This document shows positions 61,710 to 64,000 of a DNA stretch of 64,000 nucleotides, one piece after another. The notes under the pieces are model-generated. The model had not been told where the DNA came from. It saw only the letters and a list, made by a program, of their open reading frames with translations, and did not search any database. Where the stretch lies: contig CM059431.1 in NCBI GenBank assembly GCA_030390025.1, positions 148,492,001-148,556,000 on the forward strand. The letters are read 5' to 3'. Source of the DNA: Squalus acanthias. Its lineage: Eukaryota. The position numbers and the translations under genes are program-made. Each line of letters opens with the position of its first letter. Position 1 is the stretch's first letter.

Positions 61710-63710
61710 GTATGGGATCCGGGCGTCGCTGGAAATGCCAGCAATTATTGCCCATCCCTAGTTGCCCTTGAGAAGGTGGGGGTGAGCCGCCTTCTTGAAC
61801 TGCTTCAGTCCGTGTGGTGAAGGTACTCCCACAGTGCTGTTAGGTAGGCAGTTGCAGGATTTTGCCCCAGCGACGATTAAGGATCGGCGATATTCTTCTA
61901 AGTAAGGATGTTGTGTGACTTGGAGGGGAAATTGGGAGTCGTGGTGTTCCCATACGCCTTCTTCCCTTATCCTTCTAGGTGGAAGAGGTCACGGGTTTAG
62001 GAGGTCCTGCCGAAGAAGCCTTGGCGAGTTGCTGAAGTGCATTCTGTAGATGGTACAAACTGCAGCCACGGTACGCCGGTGGTGGAGGGAGTGAATGTTT
62101 AATGTGGTTGATGGGATGCCAATCAAGCGGGCTGCTTTGTCCTGGATGGTGTCGAGCTTCTTGACGGTTATTGGAGCTACACTCATCCAGGCAAGTGAAG
62201 AGTTTACAATCACACTCCTTACTTGTGCCTTGTAGATTGTGTTTAGGCTTTGGAGAGTCAAAGGTAAGACACTCGGCGCAGAATACCAAGCCTCTGAACT
62301 GCTCTTGCTCCACAGTATTTATGTGGCTAGTGCAGTTAAGTTTCTGGTTAATGGTGACACCCAAGATGTTGATAGTGGGGGATTCGGCGATGGTAATGCC
62401 ATTGAATGTCAAGGGGAGGTGTTTAGACTCTCGCTTGTTGGAGATAGTCATTGCCTGGCATTCTGTGGCGCGAATGTTACCTGCCACTTATCAGCCCAAG
62501 CCTGAACGTCATGCAGGTATTGTTGTATGCGGGCATGGACTGCTTCATTATCTTTTGAGTTGTGAATGGCGCAGAACACAATGCATTCACCAGCGAACAT
62601 CCCCATTTCTGACCTAATGTTGGAGGCAAGGTCATTGATGGACCAGCTGAAGATGGTTGGGCCCAGGACACTGCCCTTATGAACTCCTGCAGTGATGTCC
62701 TGGGGCTGTGATGATTGACCTTTAAACCACGACAATCATCTTCCTTTGTGATAGATAGGAATCCAGCCAGTGGAGCGTTTTCCCATTGACTTCAGTTTTA
62801 CTGGGGCTCCTTGATGCCACACTCGGTCATATGCTGCCTTGATGTCAAGGGCAGTCACTCTCCCCTCACCTCTGGAGTTCTGCTCCTTTGTGCATGTTTG
62901 GACCAAGTCTGTAATGAGGTTGGGAGCCGAGTAGTCTTGGCGGAACCCAAACTGGGCATCAGTGAGCAGGTTATTGGTGAGTAAGTGCCGCTTGATAGCA
63001 CTGTCGATGACACCTTCCATCACTTTGCTGAGGATTGAGAGTAGATTGATGGCGCGTTAATTGGCCGAGTTGGATTTGTCCTGCTTTTTGTGGACAGGAC
63101 ATACCTGGGCAGTTTTCCACATTGTCGGATAGATGTCAGTGTTGTAGCTGTACTGGAACAGCTTGGCTAGTGGCGTGGCTAGTTCTGGAGCACAAATCTT
63201 CAGCACGATAGCCGGGATGTTGTAGGGGTCCATAGCCTTTGCTGTACCCAGTGCACTTCGCCGTTTCTTGATATCACGTGGAGTGAATTGAATTGGCTGA
63301 AGATTGGCATCTGTGATGGTGGGGATCTCGTGAGTAGGCCGATATGGTCCATCCACTCGGCAGTTCTGGTTGAAGCTGGTTGCGAATGCTTGAGCCATGT
63401 CATTTGCACTCATGTGCTGGGCTCTACCATCATTGAGGATGGGGATATTCTTTGAGCCTCCTTCTCCCGTTAGTTGGATGTGGGAAGCCTGAAGAGCAGA
63501 TCCGTTCATTTTGGGATCGCTTCGCTCTCTCTATAGCTTGCTGCTTCCGCTTTTAAGCATGAATGTAGTCCTGCGTTGTAGCTTCTCCAGTTTGGCACCT
63601 CATGTTTAGGTACGCCTGGTGCTGCTCCTGACATGCTCTTCTGCACTCGTTGTTGAACCAGGGTAAATCCCCTGCTTCGTGGTAATTCTAGTGGAAACCA
63701 TATGCCGGGC
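61710..63710 (-). mobile_element. CR1-clade LINE family B, 3' 2 kb with RT
   Basis: WKTAQVCPVHKK, DAQFGFR, ALDIKAAYDRVWH, GSVLGPTIF, GMFAGEC. Confidence 0.9.
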
Positions 63711-63779
63711 TATTAGAAATATTATGGATGACCGCAATCCCCAGGCCGCACGACCTCCCGCCGGCGTGGAAATTCACAT

Positions 63780-64000
63780 CACAAAGATGGCGCATCCGGC
63801 GCATGGTTCAAAGATGGCGGAAACGGCACCCGTCACAAATATGGTGACGCCGTTGACTCGCATAAAGATAACGGCGCCGACGCGTCGCACAAAGATGGTG
63901 GTTCCGTTGCCTCACACCAATGGCGGAACGCACGTTCCGGACAAAGATGGCGGCTCCGGCGCCGGGCACAAATTTAGCGGCTCTGGCGCCCCTAACAAAG
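63780..64000 (+). repeat. 27-bp period CpG-rich degenerate array with YY1-like CAAAGATGGCG core
   Basis: Cores at 63782, 63809, 63836, 63863, 63890, ~63915, 63942, 63969, 63996. Confidence 0.75.

Overview
Eukaryotic, repeat-dense vertebrate DNA. The repeat families and gene types point to a cartilaginous fish, most likely a shark (inferred, not proven). Most of the window is decayed, often nested retroelements (two CR1-clade LINE families, L2, RTE, Penelope-like elements, tRNA-derived SINEs), one TIR DNA element, and many satellites or minisatellites. Host genes: (1) a pseudogenised C2H2 zinc-finger gene at 6.6-7.1 kb; (2) an apparently intact two-exon class A GPCR of the GPR139/GPR142-like type, exon 1 at 30820-31000 spliced in phase to exon 2 at 60740-61641 (360 aa, 29.7 kb intron). 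A second, paralogous promoter plus first exon, disrupted by a Penelope insertion, lies inside that intron. Most notable non-coding signals: minimal type I hammerhead ribozyme motifs in Penelope termini (two intact with a compensatory stem change, three degenerate), a SINE whose internal 33-mer expanded into a 1.5 kb minisatellite, a near full-length CR1 with a 46-bp monomer array as 5' end, and a 27-bp-period YY1-motif array at the right edge. Most ORFs in the supplied track are artefacts of low-complexity repeats or TE fragments. TE boundaries are approximate (about +/-20 bp).
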